Below, one piece after another: positions 1 through 9,914 of a stretch of 31,621 nucleotides of DNA. Location: positions 1 to 31,621 of the IMG/VR virus record IMGVR_UViG_3300023180_006927. One strand, 5' to 3'. The notes beneath the pieces are model-generated. The model was not told where the DNA came from. It ran no database searches and saw only the letters and a program-made list of their open reading frames with translations. The translations under genes and the position numbers were made by a program. Position 1 is the first letter of the stretch, and the number at the start of each line of letters is the position of its first letter. The stretch comes from a virus (lineage: Duplodnaviria; Caudoviricetes).

Positions 1-708
1 GACGGTGGCATACTTTCTAGTTTTGGCAACACTGTCACACACCCCCAACATCACTGGCGTGTCAGTTTATATTCGCCCATGAACAACGGCGACTTTTTGA
101 ATGACAACTCACCAAGCGATAGGTGGGAGATGATGAAAAAGTTGTGGAATGTCAAAAACGAACCATGGCGTAAGTCAAACCAAGATGACCCCATACTGTT
201 TGTCCTACAGCCAAAGGACAACTGGAGCATGGACGAACTTGACCCGATAGATTGGTTCATGGGTGTTTACGACAAACTGAGACCAATCACAGAAAGAAAA
301 TTTTTAATACGTCCACACCCAAATCACATGGCACAAATGATTAATCGTAAAAATGAATTCCCAGAAGACTGCACACTCATAGAAGGACAAGCACACTTCA
401 AAGGAGACGAAAAAAAATATTACAGATTCAACTTCCAGGAGGCAATCGCCAACTGTCACGCTGTTGTCACTCACAACTCGACCGCCAGCATAGATTCTTG
501 TGTGAGAGGTATACCGACTTTTGTAACTAGTGACCTCGCCATTTGTTATCCCGTGGCAAATAAGGATCTTAACAACATTGAAACACCATTGTATCCCGAC
601 AGGCAACAGTGGTTGAACAACATTGGATACATGCAGTGGACAACTGATGAGATACGTTCTGGACTGGTATTCAAAAGATTCAAAGAAAGGTTAGGGTTTG
701 ATGCATAG
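1..708 (+). CDS. Capsule-synthesis (KpsS/KpsC-like) glycosyltransferase-family protein, 5'-truncated by the window edge
   Basis: Frame is open from base 1. Motifs LIRPHP and VVTHNSTASIDSCVRGIPTFV; paralogous to 2378..3250. Confidence 0.6.
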   Translation, partial: DGGILSSFGNTVTHPQHHWRVSLYSPMNNGDFLNDNSPSDRWEMMKKLWNVKNEPWRKSNQDDPILFVLQPKDNWSMDELDPIDWFMGVYDKLRPITERKFLIRPHPNHMAQMINRKNEFPEDCTLIEGQAHFKGDEKKYYRFNFQEAIANCHAVVTHNSTASIDSCVRGIPTFVTSDLAICYPVANKDLNNIETPLYPDRQQWLNNIGYMQWTTDEIRSGLVFKRFKERLGFDA

Positions 709-1486
709 GCGGATAGGAGTACTGAAAAATCAGTATGTCAACATTCCTAATTTGATTTTAAGTTTTCCCCGTTGTGGGAGGACTTGGATGAAACACCTGT
801 TCGGACACTATATTGCAAAAAAATACAACGTTGAGTTCAGTAAATGGGTTGACCGTCCTAGGCCGGGCATTCCAAGAATACTTTTCAGACACGACTGGAT
901 GAGTGCCACGGGACATATCCCATGGGAAGAATATTTCCAAATACAAGACAAACGAAAATTTATTTTTTTAGATGAGATGCAGGAACAGAATATAATCTAC
1001 CTTTTTAGAAATCCACTGGATGTTTTGTTCAGTTACTGGCCCTACCTAAAGAGTGTGCCTTATAAAAACTTTACACCTCCACAGCACAAGGACATAATTG
1101 ATTTTGCACATGACAAGCAGTGGGGGTTTGATATAATTATAAATTTTATGAATGCACAACTAGATCATTATGACCAGCACAAAGGTAAAAAACTGAAAGT
1201 TCGTTATGAAGATCTTAAGAAAGATGACGAGCAATGGCGGAATATGATAGACTTGATATTCAGTTCATATGCCTATGCCTGGGATAAAGAAGCATTCGAA
1301 TATGCTAAAACCCAGACAACGTTTACAAAAATGCAAGAAAAAAATAAAACAGATGTTCCAGACGAACTTAAATTTTACAGACGCGGGGGATCAAATTATA
1401 TAAATGAATTACCAAACGAACAGCAGGAGATCTTACAAAACTGGCCGGGATACAAAGATTTAAATAGGAGAATAAATGAAGATTAA
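698..1486 (+). CDS. Sulfotransferase domain protein
   Basis: 5'-PSB-like SFPRCGRTW, 3'-PB-like YLFRNPLDVLFSYW, plus RYEDLK and C-terminal FYRRGG. Confidence 0.8.
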   Translation: MMHRRIGVLKNQYVNIPNLILSFPRCGRTWMKHLFGHYIAKKYNVEFSKWVDRPRPGIPRILFRHDWMSATGHIPWEEYFQIQDKRKFIFLDEMQEQNIIYLFRNPLDVLFSYWPYLKSVPYKNFTPPQHKDIIDFAHDKQWGFDIIINFMNAQLDHYDQHKGKKLKVRYEDLKKDDEQWRNMIDLIFSSYAYAWDKEAFEYAKTQTTFTKMQEKNKTDVPDELKFYRRGGSNYINELPNEQQEILQNWPGYKDLNRRINED

Positions 1487-2381
1487 AGTTGTCACATCAT
1501 ACAAACCAGGTACCTGGGAACAGTACGGAAAGAAGGGCATCGAGTCAATGGCCGAGCAGTTTCCACCAGAAGTGGATATAGTTGTCTACGCCGAAGAACC
1601 AAAGCCTGATTGTAAGTATGAAAGATTGCAATGGGTTGACCTCAACACAGCCGAACCAGAACTCTTTAAATTCAAGAACAAGCATAAAGACGATCCCGTG
1701 GCCAACGGTGAACTGCAAGAAATACCAGGCGGGGTGAGGAGACCTGAAGAACTACAGGCCAAAGGCGGTAAGGACAAGAACAAAGGTTCATATCTCTGGG
1801 CCGCTGTGAGATTTGCAAACAAAGTTTTTTGTGTCGTGAACGCTGTGCGTAATTCTAAAGATTATGATTATGTAGTTTGGATAGACGGAGACACTTTTAC
1901 ATTCCGTCCAGTGCCAATAAACTTTTTTGAAAGTTTGCTACCTAAAAATACCATGCTTACCTACCTCGGTAGAGAAAATCCAAATCTCAACGATGGCGGA
2001 AAATACCCCGAATGTGGTTTTGTGGGATACAATATGAAACACCCCGAAATACAAAACTTCATTAATGATTGGGAAAAACTTTATATCACTGACGAGATTT
2101 TCAAATTGTTAGAATGGCATGACAGTTATGTTTTTTGGTACCTTTCAAAAATCTACAGAAAAGAAAAACAAATTACAGTCAATGACATAGGATACTGGAA
2201 GGGTGTTAAAGGACACCATGTGTTCGTTAACAGTGAACTAGGATTGTATATGGATCACTTGAAAGGTAAACGTAAAAATCTAGGCACATCTGCAAAAAAT
2301 GACCTAAGGCGAAATCCAAATGCTCCGGTCGACATATTCAACGTTGACTACTGGAAGAAAGTACCACCGGCACTGAAATGA
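1476..2381 (+). CDS. GT-A fold nucleotide-diphospho-sugar transferase
   Basis: DxD motif in YDYVVWIDGD; ECGFVGYN and WHDSYVF segments; lies among glycan genes. Confidence 0.65.
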   Translation: MKIKVVTSYKPGTWEQYGKKGIESMAEQFPPEVDIVVYAEEPKPDCKYERLQWVDLNTAEPELFKFKNKHKDDPVANGELQEIPGGVRRPEELQAKGGKDKNKGSYLWAAVRFANKVFCVVNAVRNSKDYDYVVWIDGDTFTFRPVPINFFESLLPKNTMLTYLGRENPNLNDGGKYPECGFVGYNMKHPEIQNFINDWEKLYITDEIFKLLEWHDSYVFWYLSKIYRKEKQITVNDIGYWKGVKGHHVFVNSELGLYMDHLKGKRKNLGTSAKNDLRRNPNAPVDIFNVDYWKKVPPALK

Positions 2382-3250
2382 GAATAGAAATTTGGACAGA
2401 GTATGGACCATTGAACTCTAAACCTATTTTTGAGGCTTTCATAAAAAGTTTGCACGATGCCGGTGATAAAGTTTACCTAAACAAACGTGCCAACGCTGAC
2501 GTGGCAGTGATATGGAGTGTGCTTTGGCGAGGCAGGATGGAACAGTACCATAGGATATGGAACGAGTACCGCAGTCAAAACAAACCTGTTGTAGTGATCG
2601 AGGTTGGAGGTCTTAGACGTAATGAAAGTTTTAAAATAGGCATCAACGGAATAAACAGAGATGCCGATTTTGCCAATCAAGATTTTGACGACAAACGCTG
2701 GCCGTTGTTTAAACATGAACTCAGACCATGGAATCCTACAGGAGATATTATTGTGATATGCGGTCAACATGAAGCATCAGAACAATGGAAGGATATGCCA
2801 AGGATGGACACCTGGATTGCCCAGCAAATCACGGAAATAAGAAAATACACAACTAGACCAATTCTAGTACGACCACACCCTAGAAATCAAATAGGATTTA
2901 ATTCTAACGATTTCAAGAACGTCAAGGTGCGTTTACCAAAAAGAGATTACCGCACCTATGACGACACAGATTTTAAACAAACTCTCGAGAGAACGTGGGC
3001 GGTTGTAAATCACAGTTCCAACCCTGCAATAGAAGCCGTGATCAAAGGAATTCCGGTTTTCGTGTCTCAGTCGAGTTTGTGCCACGATGTTGGTAACACC
3101 AAACTTTTAGATATCAACACTCCAGCAATGCCAAACAGGATCACGTGGGCGAACAAACTGTCATACACGGAATGGTTCAAAAAAGAAATAGAAGAAGGCC
3201 TTCCATGGCGTAGGATCAAAAAGAGACTAGAGGAGAAATACATCAAATGA
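2378..3250 (+). CDS. Capsule-synthesis (KpsS/KpsC-like) glycosyltransferase-family protein
   Basis: Motifs ILVRPHP and VVNHSSNPAIEAVIKGIPVFV; ATGA overlap with the upstream gene. Confidence 0.6.
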   Translation: MRIEIWTEYGPLNSKPIFEAFIKSLHDAGDKVYLNKRANADVAVIWSVLWRGRMEQYHRIWNEYRSQNKPVVVIEVGGLRRNESFKIGINGINRDADFANQDFDDKRWPLFKHELRPWNPTGDIIVICGQHEASEQWKDMPRMDTWIAQQITEIRKYTTRPILVRPHPRNQIGFNSNDFKNVKVRLPKRDYRTYDDTDFKQTLERTWAVVNHSSNPAIEAVIKGIPVFVSQSSLCHDVGNTKLLDINTPAMPNRITWANKLSYTEWFKKEIEEGLPWRRIKKRLEEKYIK

Positions 3251-4005
3251 GAATCAACCTAAATCAGCGAAATGTCATAGAACCTATAGAATGGCAACCC
3301 TACACAGGCGAAACTATCACTGTGAGAACAATATTGAGAAAAGGACAAAAGATAATAGAGACAGCGTTCTACGAGGACAAGGTCAAGGCCACCCCAAAGG
3401 GCAATGCTTACTGTATAGGTAATGGTCCTTCGAGAAAGGAATTTGATCTAAATCTGTTGAAGTCGACAGGACAGACATACGGATGTAATGCTCTGTATCG
3501 AGACTTCATGCCTGATTTCATATTTTCCGTTGATACTAAAATGACAATGCAGATGGTCGAGGACGAAGTAGGACTTAAGACTGTCCACTACGCACCTGCT
3601 TTAGAAGTAAACCGGAAACAAACAAAAGGCATGTTACATCTTATTCCTAACAATCCACACTGGATATCAGGCAATCAGGCATTCTGGACCGCGGGTGTGC
3701 ATGGACACAAGAACATCTACCTGATAGGATATGACTTCAGAGAGTATGGAAAGGACCAATTGAACAACATATACCAAGACACAACCTGTTACGGTGAAAG
3801 GCACAGTGATTCTATATTTGAAGGTTGGTTGAAACAATTTAGAGACATGCTGAAAATGAGGCCTTACGTGAACTACACTGTTGTTCATGATAACCCTCCC
3901 GAATTTTTAAATTACTTGCAGACAGGTACAGATCTAAAGAATTCTAAGATTATTTCTTATGCAGAGTTTAGCGATACAGTTTTAAACCAGCAGACTCAAA
4001 AGTAG
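3247..4005 (+). CDS. DUF115/Maf/Cst-like (sialyltransferase-type) protein
   Basis: Motifs CIGNGPS, YGCNALYRDFMPD and IYLIGYD. Confidence 0.55.
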   Translation: MRINLNQRNVIEPIEWQPYTGETITVRTILRKGQKIIETAFYEDKVKATPKGNAYCIGNGPSRKEFDLNLLKSTGQTYGCNALYRDFMPDFIFSVDTKMTMQMVEDEVGLKTVHYAPALEVNRKQTKGMLHLIPNNPHWISGNQAFWTAGVHGHKNIYLIGYDFREYGKDQLNNIYQDTTCYGERHSDSIFEGWLKQFRDMLKMRPYVNYTVVHDNPPEFLNYLQTGTDLKNSKIISYAEFSDTVLNQQTQK

Positions 4006-4435
4006 GCCTGAAAGAATAAAAATTTTCATTGTGGTTCGAATAAGGATCTTTCAATACTGTCATCTGATACAGGTGCACCATTTCGTGTGCCAGGGTTTCG
4101 ATAAAGTCTTTCCACGTTGGGAATTTGCTGTGCAATTGAATGTAGTATCCTTCGACCACATGATGTGGTAATTTACGTTGGTCAAATTTGCCTTTGGGTG
4201 CTTGTCTGCCATCCCAACTTGCTATACATCTGCCCCAGTCCTTATGAAGTTTTTTGACTTCTATATGTACACGTCCGAGCCTATTACCAAACAACATTGT
4301 GTTTAATTTGGTAAACCAATGAGCCACCGCCATGGGAGTTGGCTTGTAACCTTGTACACGACCCCTTGTTTCGAGGCTACGTTTAAGTTCTTTTTTCAAA
4401 CTCCTGACTTTTGAATGTGTTTTCCTTCTTTGCAT
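3968..4435 (-). CDS. SprT-like zinc metalloprotease
   Basis: TLAHEMVHLYQ (HExxH) with a downstream His in SNHNENF. Start placed at ATG 4435. Confidence 0.75.
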   Translation of the reverse strand: MQRRKTHSKVRSLKKELKRSLETRGRVQGYKPTPMAVAHWFTKLNTMLFGNRLGRVHIEVKKLHKDWGRCIASWDGRQAPKGKFDQRKLPHHVVEGYYIQLHSKFPTWKDFIETLAHEMVHLYQMTVLKDPYSNHNENFYSFRPTFESAGLKLYR

Positions 4436-4437
4436 GG

Positions 4438-4465
4438 TTGACAATATTACCAATTATAGTATAAT
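4438..4465 (+). promoter_or_regulatory. sigma70-type promoter
   Basis: TTGACA-16 nt-TATAAT upstream of the operon starting at 4499. Confidence 0.7.
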
Positions 4466-4498
4466 ATACTAATAATTATCTAAATTACCAGTATTAAA

Positions 4499-5833
4499 AT
4501 GCAGTCAGATTTGCCAAAAACAATAAACGAAGCACTCAAAATATTAGCATATAATGAATATTTCTGGGGAGATCCACAAAAAAGCAAGATTAATCCACAT
4601 CCTAAGGACAGATCAACCGTGACTTCACTAGCAGAGTCGCAGTATGCATGGACCGAAAAACAGGCCAGATTGGCCCTAGTGATTCTTAAGAGATACCTGT
4701 CCAAATTCCAGGCCCATCATATGGACATCAAAAATTTATTGGACAACCCAATATATGACGATGCTTTTAGGGTAATAAACTTTCAGAAAAGCATTGAAAA
4801 ATTTGTAGACGAAGACGAAGTGACCAAAATTGAAATTAGATTTCCTTATGACAAGAAAGTTATTCAACTTATTCGTTGCCTAAAGGACAAAAAGGACCTG
4901 CCTGGTTTGTACTTGCAGTATGACGGAGAATCCAAAAAATGGACTGCTCTTCACACTGATGTTACTGCGTACTACCTAACCTTGATAGCAGTCAGGTATG
5001 ATTTCAAGTTTATAACTCCTGAGTTGCTAGATGACTACGAACAAATCAAAAAAGAAATCATGGGTCATAGAAAACCAACTGCTAGACTAGTCGGTGAGAA
5101 GATAGTGATAGACAATGCCAGTGAACCTTTGGCAGAATATTGGAACACCCACTTAAAGGACAAACCCTTGTTACATCAAGTTGACAGTTTAAAAAATTTC
5201 TACATATCATCAAAGAGCATATCTGTCCCTAGCGAATCAGGATTGGCAAGTAAAATTGCACATCACGATTACCACAAGTTATGGATAAACTCGAAAGAAT
5301 ATTCTAAGCAAGAAGTGGTCAAGGCTTTGATAGAACTAGATGCATTTCCTGTAATAATGCCATGCCACAGCGATGTACATGAAGAAGCAGAGATCAGAGA
5401 ATTTTGGGAATGGTTAAAAGTTTTTGAATCAAAAGGAATAGATATGATGAAAGAATGTTCTTGGGGTTTTGATCTGAAAGAACCTATTTACAGGAAAGAA
5501 ATAGATAAATTTGACGAGAAAAAGTTTTTAGTGGATAGTCAAAAACCCAGAGAATTTTTCGAGAATCTTTATGAACTCCACCAGATGAGTAAGCAGTTCA
5601 AGTTCATAGATGAAAGCACCAAGGTTATATTTGTTAGAAACAGAATACCACGTTCCCTAATCAAGAGCGAGGTAAAACCAAAAGCGGCGGTGATCGCTTT
5701 GGGTGGTGGATATTATGCCACAGGCACAGACAACCTAAAAAGACTTCTTGAGAATCTTCCAAAAAAGTTGTATTATAGTGATCATCAACCCAGCAGTTGG
5801 GATTGGCATGATCATGTGATTGAAAAAGTATAA
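4499..5833 (+). CDS. Hypothetical phage protein upstream of the helicase
   Basis: 444-aa ORF abutting the helicase start; no motif recognised. Confidence 0.8.
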   Translation: MQSDLPKTINEALKILAYNEYFWGDPQKSKINPHPKDRSTVTSLAESQYAWTEKQARLALVILKRYLSKFQAHHMDIKNLLDNPIYDDAFRVINFQKSIEKFVDEDEVTKIEIRFPYDKKVIQLIRCLKDKKDLPGLYLQYDGESKKWTALHTDVTAYYLTLIAVRYDFKFITPELLDDYEQIKKEIMGHRKPTARLVGEKIVIDNASEPLAEYWNTHLKDKPLLHQVDSLKNFYISSKSISVPSESGLASKIAHHDYHKLWINSKEYSKQEVVKALIELDAFPVIMPCHSDVHEEAEIREFWEWLKVFESKGIDMMKECSWGFDLKEPIYRKEIDKFDEKKFLVDSQKPREFFENLYELHQMSKQFKFIDESTKVIFVRNRIPRSLIKSEVKPKAAVIALGGGYYATGTDNLKRLLENLPKKLYYSDHQPSSWDWHDHVIEKV

Positions 5834-7300
5834 ATGAGCAGTTGTAAACTAGTAATCAAAGACGAAGTAAATGTGAAGTTTGAAAACTTGTCACTCGAGT
5901 GGCGTAAGAAACTGTCAAACAAGTTCAAGTACGAGATACCATATGCAAGGCATTTACCTGCAGTCAAACTCGGCCGTTGGGATGGCAAAGTTTCGTTTTT
6001 TGGCTTGGGAGGCACAACCTATCTAAATCTAGTCGATCAGATACTACCAATACTAGAGGACGGAGGGGTGTATGTTGATTTTGAGGACAGGAGAGAACAA
6101 CATAACTTTGAATTTAAAAAGGTAGATAAGGACTACCTATCACACATCACTTGGCCGGACAATCATCCCTGCGCAGGACAGAAACTCGAACTACGAGACT
6201 ACCAGGTAGAAACAATCAACAAGTTTATCGAAAACCCGCAGTGCATACAAGAGATCGCCACCGGAGCAGGTAAGACCATAATCACAGCGGCGTTGTGCCA
6301 ACTGGTCGAGCCGTATGGTAGAACTCTCACAATCGTGCCCAACAAGAGTTTGGTCACACAAACCGAAGAAGATTTTCTCACTTGCAACTTGGATGTTGGT
6401 GTATACTACGGCGATCGAAAGGAGTTAGGACGCTACAACACGATAGCAACCTGGCAAAGCCTAAACGTGCTTGAAAAGAAAGCCAAAGACGAACACACAA
6501 CAGAGTTCCTCGAAGCCATACAAGGCATCAACACAATCATAATTGATGAGGTGCACATGGCAAAGGCAGATGTACTGAAAAGACTTCTCACAGGACCATT
6601 TGCACACTGTGGAATAAGATGGGGACTCACAGGCACAGTTCCAAAGGCAGATTACGAATTCATGGGTCTGAAATGTAGCATTGGTGAGGTCGCAAATAGA
6701 ATACAGGCAAGTGAATTGCAAGACAAGGGTGTGTTGGCCAACTGCCACGTGAATGTGTTGCAGACACAGGACCATCCACAGTTCAAAACATACGGAGAAG
6801 AATTGAAATGGCTGACAACAGACTCTACAAGAATGACTTGGGTAGCACAGACCATACAAAGTATCGCAACATCGGGGAACACGCTGATACTCGTTGATAG
6901 AATATCAGCAGGAGAAATACTTGAAAAGAAAATAAAAGATTCAGTGTTTGTATCTGGATCAACCAAAAATACAGATAGAAAGGAGCAGTATGATGAAGTA
7001 TCTACTAGCCAAAATAAAGTTATTATTGCCACATATGGAGTTGCCGCTGTTGGCATTAATATTCCTAGGATTTTTAATCTTGTCCTTATAGAGCCTGGTA
7101 AGTCGTTCGTGAGAGTGATACAGAGTATAGGACGTGGAATAAGGAAGGCAGAGGACAAAGACAGTGTGCAGATATGGGACATCACAAGCAGTTGCAAGTT
7201 TGCAAAAAGACACCTCGGCCAGAGAAAAAAGTTTTACAAAGAGGCAAATTATCCGTATAATATAGAAAAGATAGATTATGAAAATCCTTACTCTGGATAA
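5834..7300 (+). CDS. uvsW: Superfamily 2 DNA helicase, UvsW-like
   Basis: Q-motif LRDYQ, Walker A ATGAGKT, DEVH, motif III GLTGT, motif VI QSIGRGIR. Confidence 0.9.
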   Translation: MSSCKLVIKDEVNVKFENLSLEWRKKLSNKFKYEIPYARHLPAVKLGRWDGKVSFFGLGGTTYLNLVDQILPILEDGGVYVDFEDRREQHNFEFKKVDKDYLSHITWPDNHPCAGQKLELRDYQVETINKFIENPQCIQEIATGAGKTIITAALCQLVEPYGRTLTIVPNKSLVTQTEEDFLTCNLDVGVYYGDRKELGRYNTIATWQSLNVLEKKAKDEHTTEFLEAIQGINTIIIDEVHMAKADVLKRLLTGPFAHCGIRWGLTGTVPKADYEFMGLKCSIGEVANRIQASELQDKGVLANCHVNVLQTQDHPQFKTYGEELKWLTTDSTRMTWVAQTIQSIATSGNTLILVDRISAGEILEKKIKDSVFVSGSTKNTDRKEQYDEVSTSQNKVIIATYGVAAVGINIPRIFNLVLIEPGKSFVRVIQSIGRGIRKAEDKDSVQIWDITSSCKFAKRHLGQRKKFYKEANYPYNIEKIDYENPYSG

Positions 7301-7781
7301 CCAGACATACACACTAGAAAAGATCCCGGAATGGGTGGACGAGAAATTACGTTTTGCGGTTTTGGATAATTCAGACCCAAGCAACCCGGATTTCTTCTAC
7401 ATACCATTGATATTCCTTGAAAGTTTTAATGCACCTGCCGCCGTACTAGAGATAGGGGATTACAAAATTAAAATGCCTCTGGATTGGAAGATGTTGATAG
7501 GCGAGGCCGGACAATCTGAGATGCATGTGTTACCATTGACAAGTCTCAACGATAGAGGGTTTGATGCCTTCACATTTAATCCGTTGAGTAGTAGCAAACC
7601 TGACTTTATGCCCATAGACATAGTAGACATATACACAGAAGTGAAATGGTATTTCCCAAAGATCAAGTCCGGGCAGATGCTTGCCGTTCCCTTGTCGGAT
7701 GGCGCCAAACCCATGTGTGCATACTTTGTCAAAGATATTTCAAGACAGTGTGAACAGGTTGATTATGGCTCGGTCTGGTAG
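7278..7781 (+). CDS. Hypothetical protein with a possible inactive Hint-like fold
   Basis: 167 aa. Segment pattern (KILTLDN, LEIGDYKIKMPLDW, LPLTSLNDRG, IDIVDIYTEVKWY) resembles Hint blocks. No N-terminal Cys/Ser and no terminal His-Asn. Confidence 0.45.
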   Translation: MKILTLDNQTYTLEKIPEWVDEKLRFAVLDNSDPSNPDFFYIPLIFLESFNAPAAVLEIGDYKIKMPLDWKMLIGEAGQSEMHVLPLTSLNDRGFDAFTFNPLSSSKPDFMPIDIVDIYTEVKWYFPKIKSGQMLAVPLSDGAKPMCAYFVKDISRQCEQVDYGSVW

Positions 7782-7998
7782 GAGATCAATAACCATTGAG
7801 GCACCAGTAATGATCACTAGCAATAAGATAGCAGTATGGATGGATGAAAATTGGATGCACGATTTTTTTGACTTTTTACATTTACACAAATTTAAACTTT
7901 CAGGTTTACAACATAAGCAAAGGAAAATAAAATTAACATTTGTTACACCAAAGGATTGTACAATGTTTGGATTAAAATATGCCAGCAGAAAAAAATAG
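7765..7998 (+). CDS. Small hypothetical protein
   Basis: ATG 7765 (MARSGRRSI) overlaps both neighbours in the operon. Confidence 0.6.
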   Translation: MARSGRRSITIEAPVMITSNKIAVWMDENWMHDFFDFLHLHKFKLSGLQHKQRKIKLTFVTPKDCTMFGLKYASRKK

Positions 7999-8431
7999 AA
8001 AATTTTTTGATTTAAGGAACGGACTAAAAGCCGTAGACTATCGTAACAAAGACTACTTTGATAGGATAGACGACAAAGAGAAATCTTTGTATTCACCTTA
8101 TATGTTGATGAGGTACGCATCAAACGTTTCGTCCAAAGACAAATTCTTCGTTGAACACTACGTGGAGATGGTGAACGAGTGCGTGAACAAACACTGTTTC
8201 ACATTGGGCAAACACAAGAAACTGCTATGGATCCTGACTGCTATGTGTGGTGCATTACAACAACAGTTTCATCCATGGCTCAAACCAATGAAGCGTGTAC
8301 CAAACAAGAGTCTAAAAAAATTACAACAGATATATCCAACCTGGAAAGAAACAGATTTAGAAACACTTGATAAGGTCATCACAGACCGAGAACTTGAGGA
8401 GTTAATTGAAGCACATGGCATCAACGAATAA
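7979..8431 (+). CDS. Putative clamp-loader small subunit (T4 gp62-like)
   Basis: YSPYMLMRYAS, EMVN and FHPWLK pattern, 150-aa size and replication context. Confidence 0.5.
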   Translation: MPAEKNRKFFDLRNGLKAVDYRNKDYFDRIDDKEKSLYSPYMLMRYASNVSSKDKFFVEHYVEMVNECVNKHCFTLGKHKKLLWILTAMCGALQQQFHPWLKPMKRVPNKSLKKLQQIYPTWKETDLETLDKVITDRELEELIEAHGINE

Positions 8432-9098
8432 ATGCACATACTGTGGCAAGGAGTTTGCTAAGGCACGAACACTACAAGTGCATCTGTGTGAGCCCAAGCG
8501 TAGATATCTACAACGAGATGAGAAGTGGGTGGTCAACGCATTCATGGTGTTCCAGAGATTCTACAAGATACACCAACACAATTCGAAAGAAAAGACCTAT
8601 GACGATTTCGTGAAGAGTCCATACTACAACGCATTTGTTAAGTTTGGTAGATACATCATGCACATAAACCCGTTGTATCCAGAGAAGTACATAGACTTTG
8701 TGTTAAGATCTAAGATTAAATTGGACCATTGGTCAAGAGACGATCTCTATGAAACGTATCTGATAGAGGCATTAAAGACAGAACCAGTTGAGGCCGCATT
8801 GCAGAGGAGCATCACAACAATGATGGACTGGGCAACTGAACAGAACGCACAGTGGTCAGACTACTTCAGACTGGTCAACACTAATAGGGCCGTGGCACAC
8901 ATACAGCAAGGCAAGATAAGTCCATGGTTGTTGCTAGGTTGCAACGCAGGCAAAAGGATGTTAAAATCATTCAACGACGAACAATTACAGATGATAGAAA
9001 AATTTATAAACCCAAGTTTCTGGCCAAGCAAGTTGAAAAGTTATCCAGCAGATACAATGCTGGTACAGGACACAGCAAGGGAGGCCAAAATTGTCTAA
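8415..9098 (+). CDS. Zinc-finger protein (C2H2/C2HC type)
   Basis: N-terminal CTYCGKEFAKARTLQVHLC. Confidence 0.65.
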   Translation: MASTNKCTYCGKEFAKARTLQVHLCEPKRRYLQRDEKWVVNAFMVFQRFYKIHQHNSKEKTYDDFVKSPYYNAFVKFGRYIMHINPLYPEKYIDFVLRSKIKLDHWSRDDLYETYLIEALKTEPVEAALQRSITTMMDWATEQNAQWSDYFRLVNTNRAVAHIQQGKISPWLLLGCNAGKRMLKSFNDEQLQMIEKFINPSFWPSKLKSYPADTMLVQDTAREAKIV

Positions 9099-9324
9099 GG
9101 TCAAGTTGGAAATAAACGACGAAATGAAATTCGAAGAAGGTGACTGTGCTGTGATAATCAAGGAAGACGGTTCTATAGGAAGAGTGATAATGCCTGACAT
9201 GAATAAGGAATATCTAGACACAGAAGGATACAGGAAACTGCTAGATGTAATAGATGTGTTGGACCCTGGTAGCAAAGAAGAGTTCATCAAGTACAATGAA
9301 AAAGACAGAGGGAGTGTACATTAA
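9091..9324 (+). CDS. Small acidic hypothetical protein
   Basis: 77-aa ORF with TTG start and upstream GGAGG; its stop overlaps the next ATG. Confidence 0.6.
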   Translation: MSKVKLEINDEMKFEEGDCAVIIKEDGSIGRVIMPDMNKEYLDTEGYRKLLDVIDVLDPGSKEEFIKYNEKDRGSVH

Positions 9325-9914
9325 TGCCTGATGTTGACATAGATTTTTTTGACAGAGACGGTGTGCTGAAACTGTTCAAACACACGCCGGCAACAATGAT
9401 AAAAGATGGCAAGACAGAAAAACACAAGACAGGTGTTTACTTCCACGCAGTACCTGAACATCCGGTCACAGGGCACAGCACACTGGACTACAAGAAAGCA
9501 GAGGACAGAGGCTACTTCAAGATAGACATGCTGAACGTGAACATCTACAAGGAAATCAAGTCAGAACAGGAACTAGTCGAACTGATGATACAGGAACCAG
9601 ACTGGGACATGCTGAAGGATCCAAAGACAGTGGAAAACCTTTTCCACCTAAATGGCCATTTCAACATAGTGTCGAAACTAGAACCCAAAACTATCGAACA
9701 ACTTGCGGCTGTATTAGCCATAATACGTCCTGCCAAGAGGCATCTGATGTACAAGGACTGGAAGGACATAATGGCAGAGGTATGGGTGCGTCCAAAGGAC
9801 GGGTCATATTTCTTCAAGAAGTCACACGCCGTCGCTTACGCCCAGGCGATCGTTGTGCAGATGAATCTGATGTCACGTGCTAAATATAGTTTTGATGCAA
9901 CGTCAAAAAACTAA
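9324..9914 (+). CDS. Minimal DNA polymerase III alpha (family C) catalytic-core protein
   Basis: MPDVDIDF, KHKTGVY, GYFKIDMLNV, LAAVLAIIRPA and YFFKKSHAVAYA match DnaE motifs in order; only 196 aa. Confidence 0.85.
   Translation: MPDVDIDFFDRDGVLKLFKHTPATMIKDGKTEKHKTGVYFHAVPEHPVTGHSTLDYKKAEDRGYFKIDMLNVNIYKEIKSEQELVELMIQEPDWDMLKDPKTVENLFHLNGHFNIVSKLEPKTIEQLAAVLAIIRPAKRHLMYKDWKDIMAEVWVRPKDGSYFFKKSHAVAYAQAIVVQMNLMSRAKYSFDATSKN

Noticed and set aside
9324-9914. Mini-DnaE as a pseudogene or split-intein fragment
   Set aside because: The frame is intact, deletions spare the catalytic motifs, and neither end carries intein sequence.
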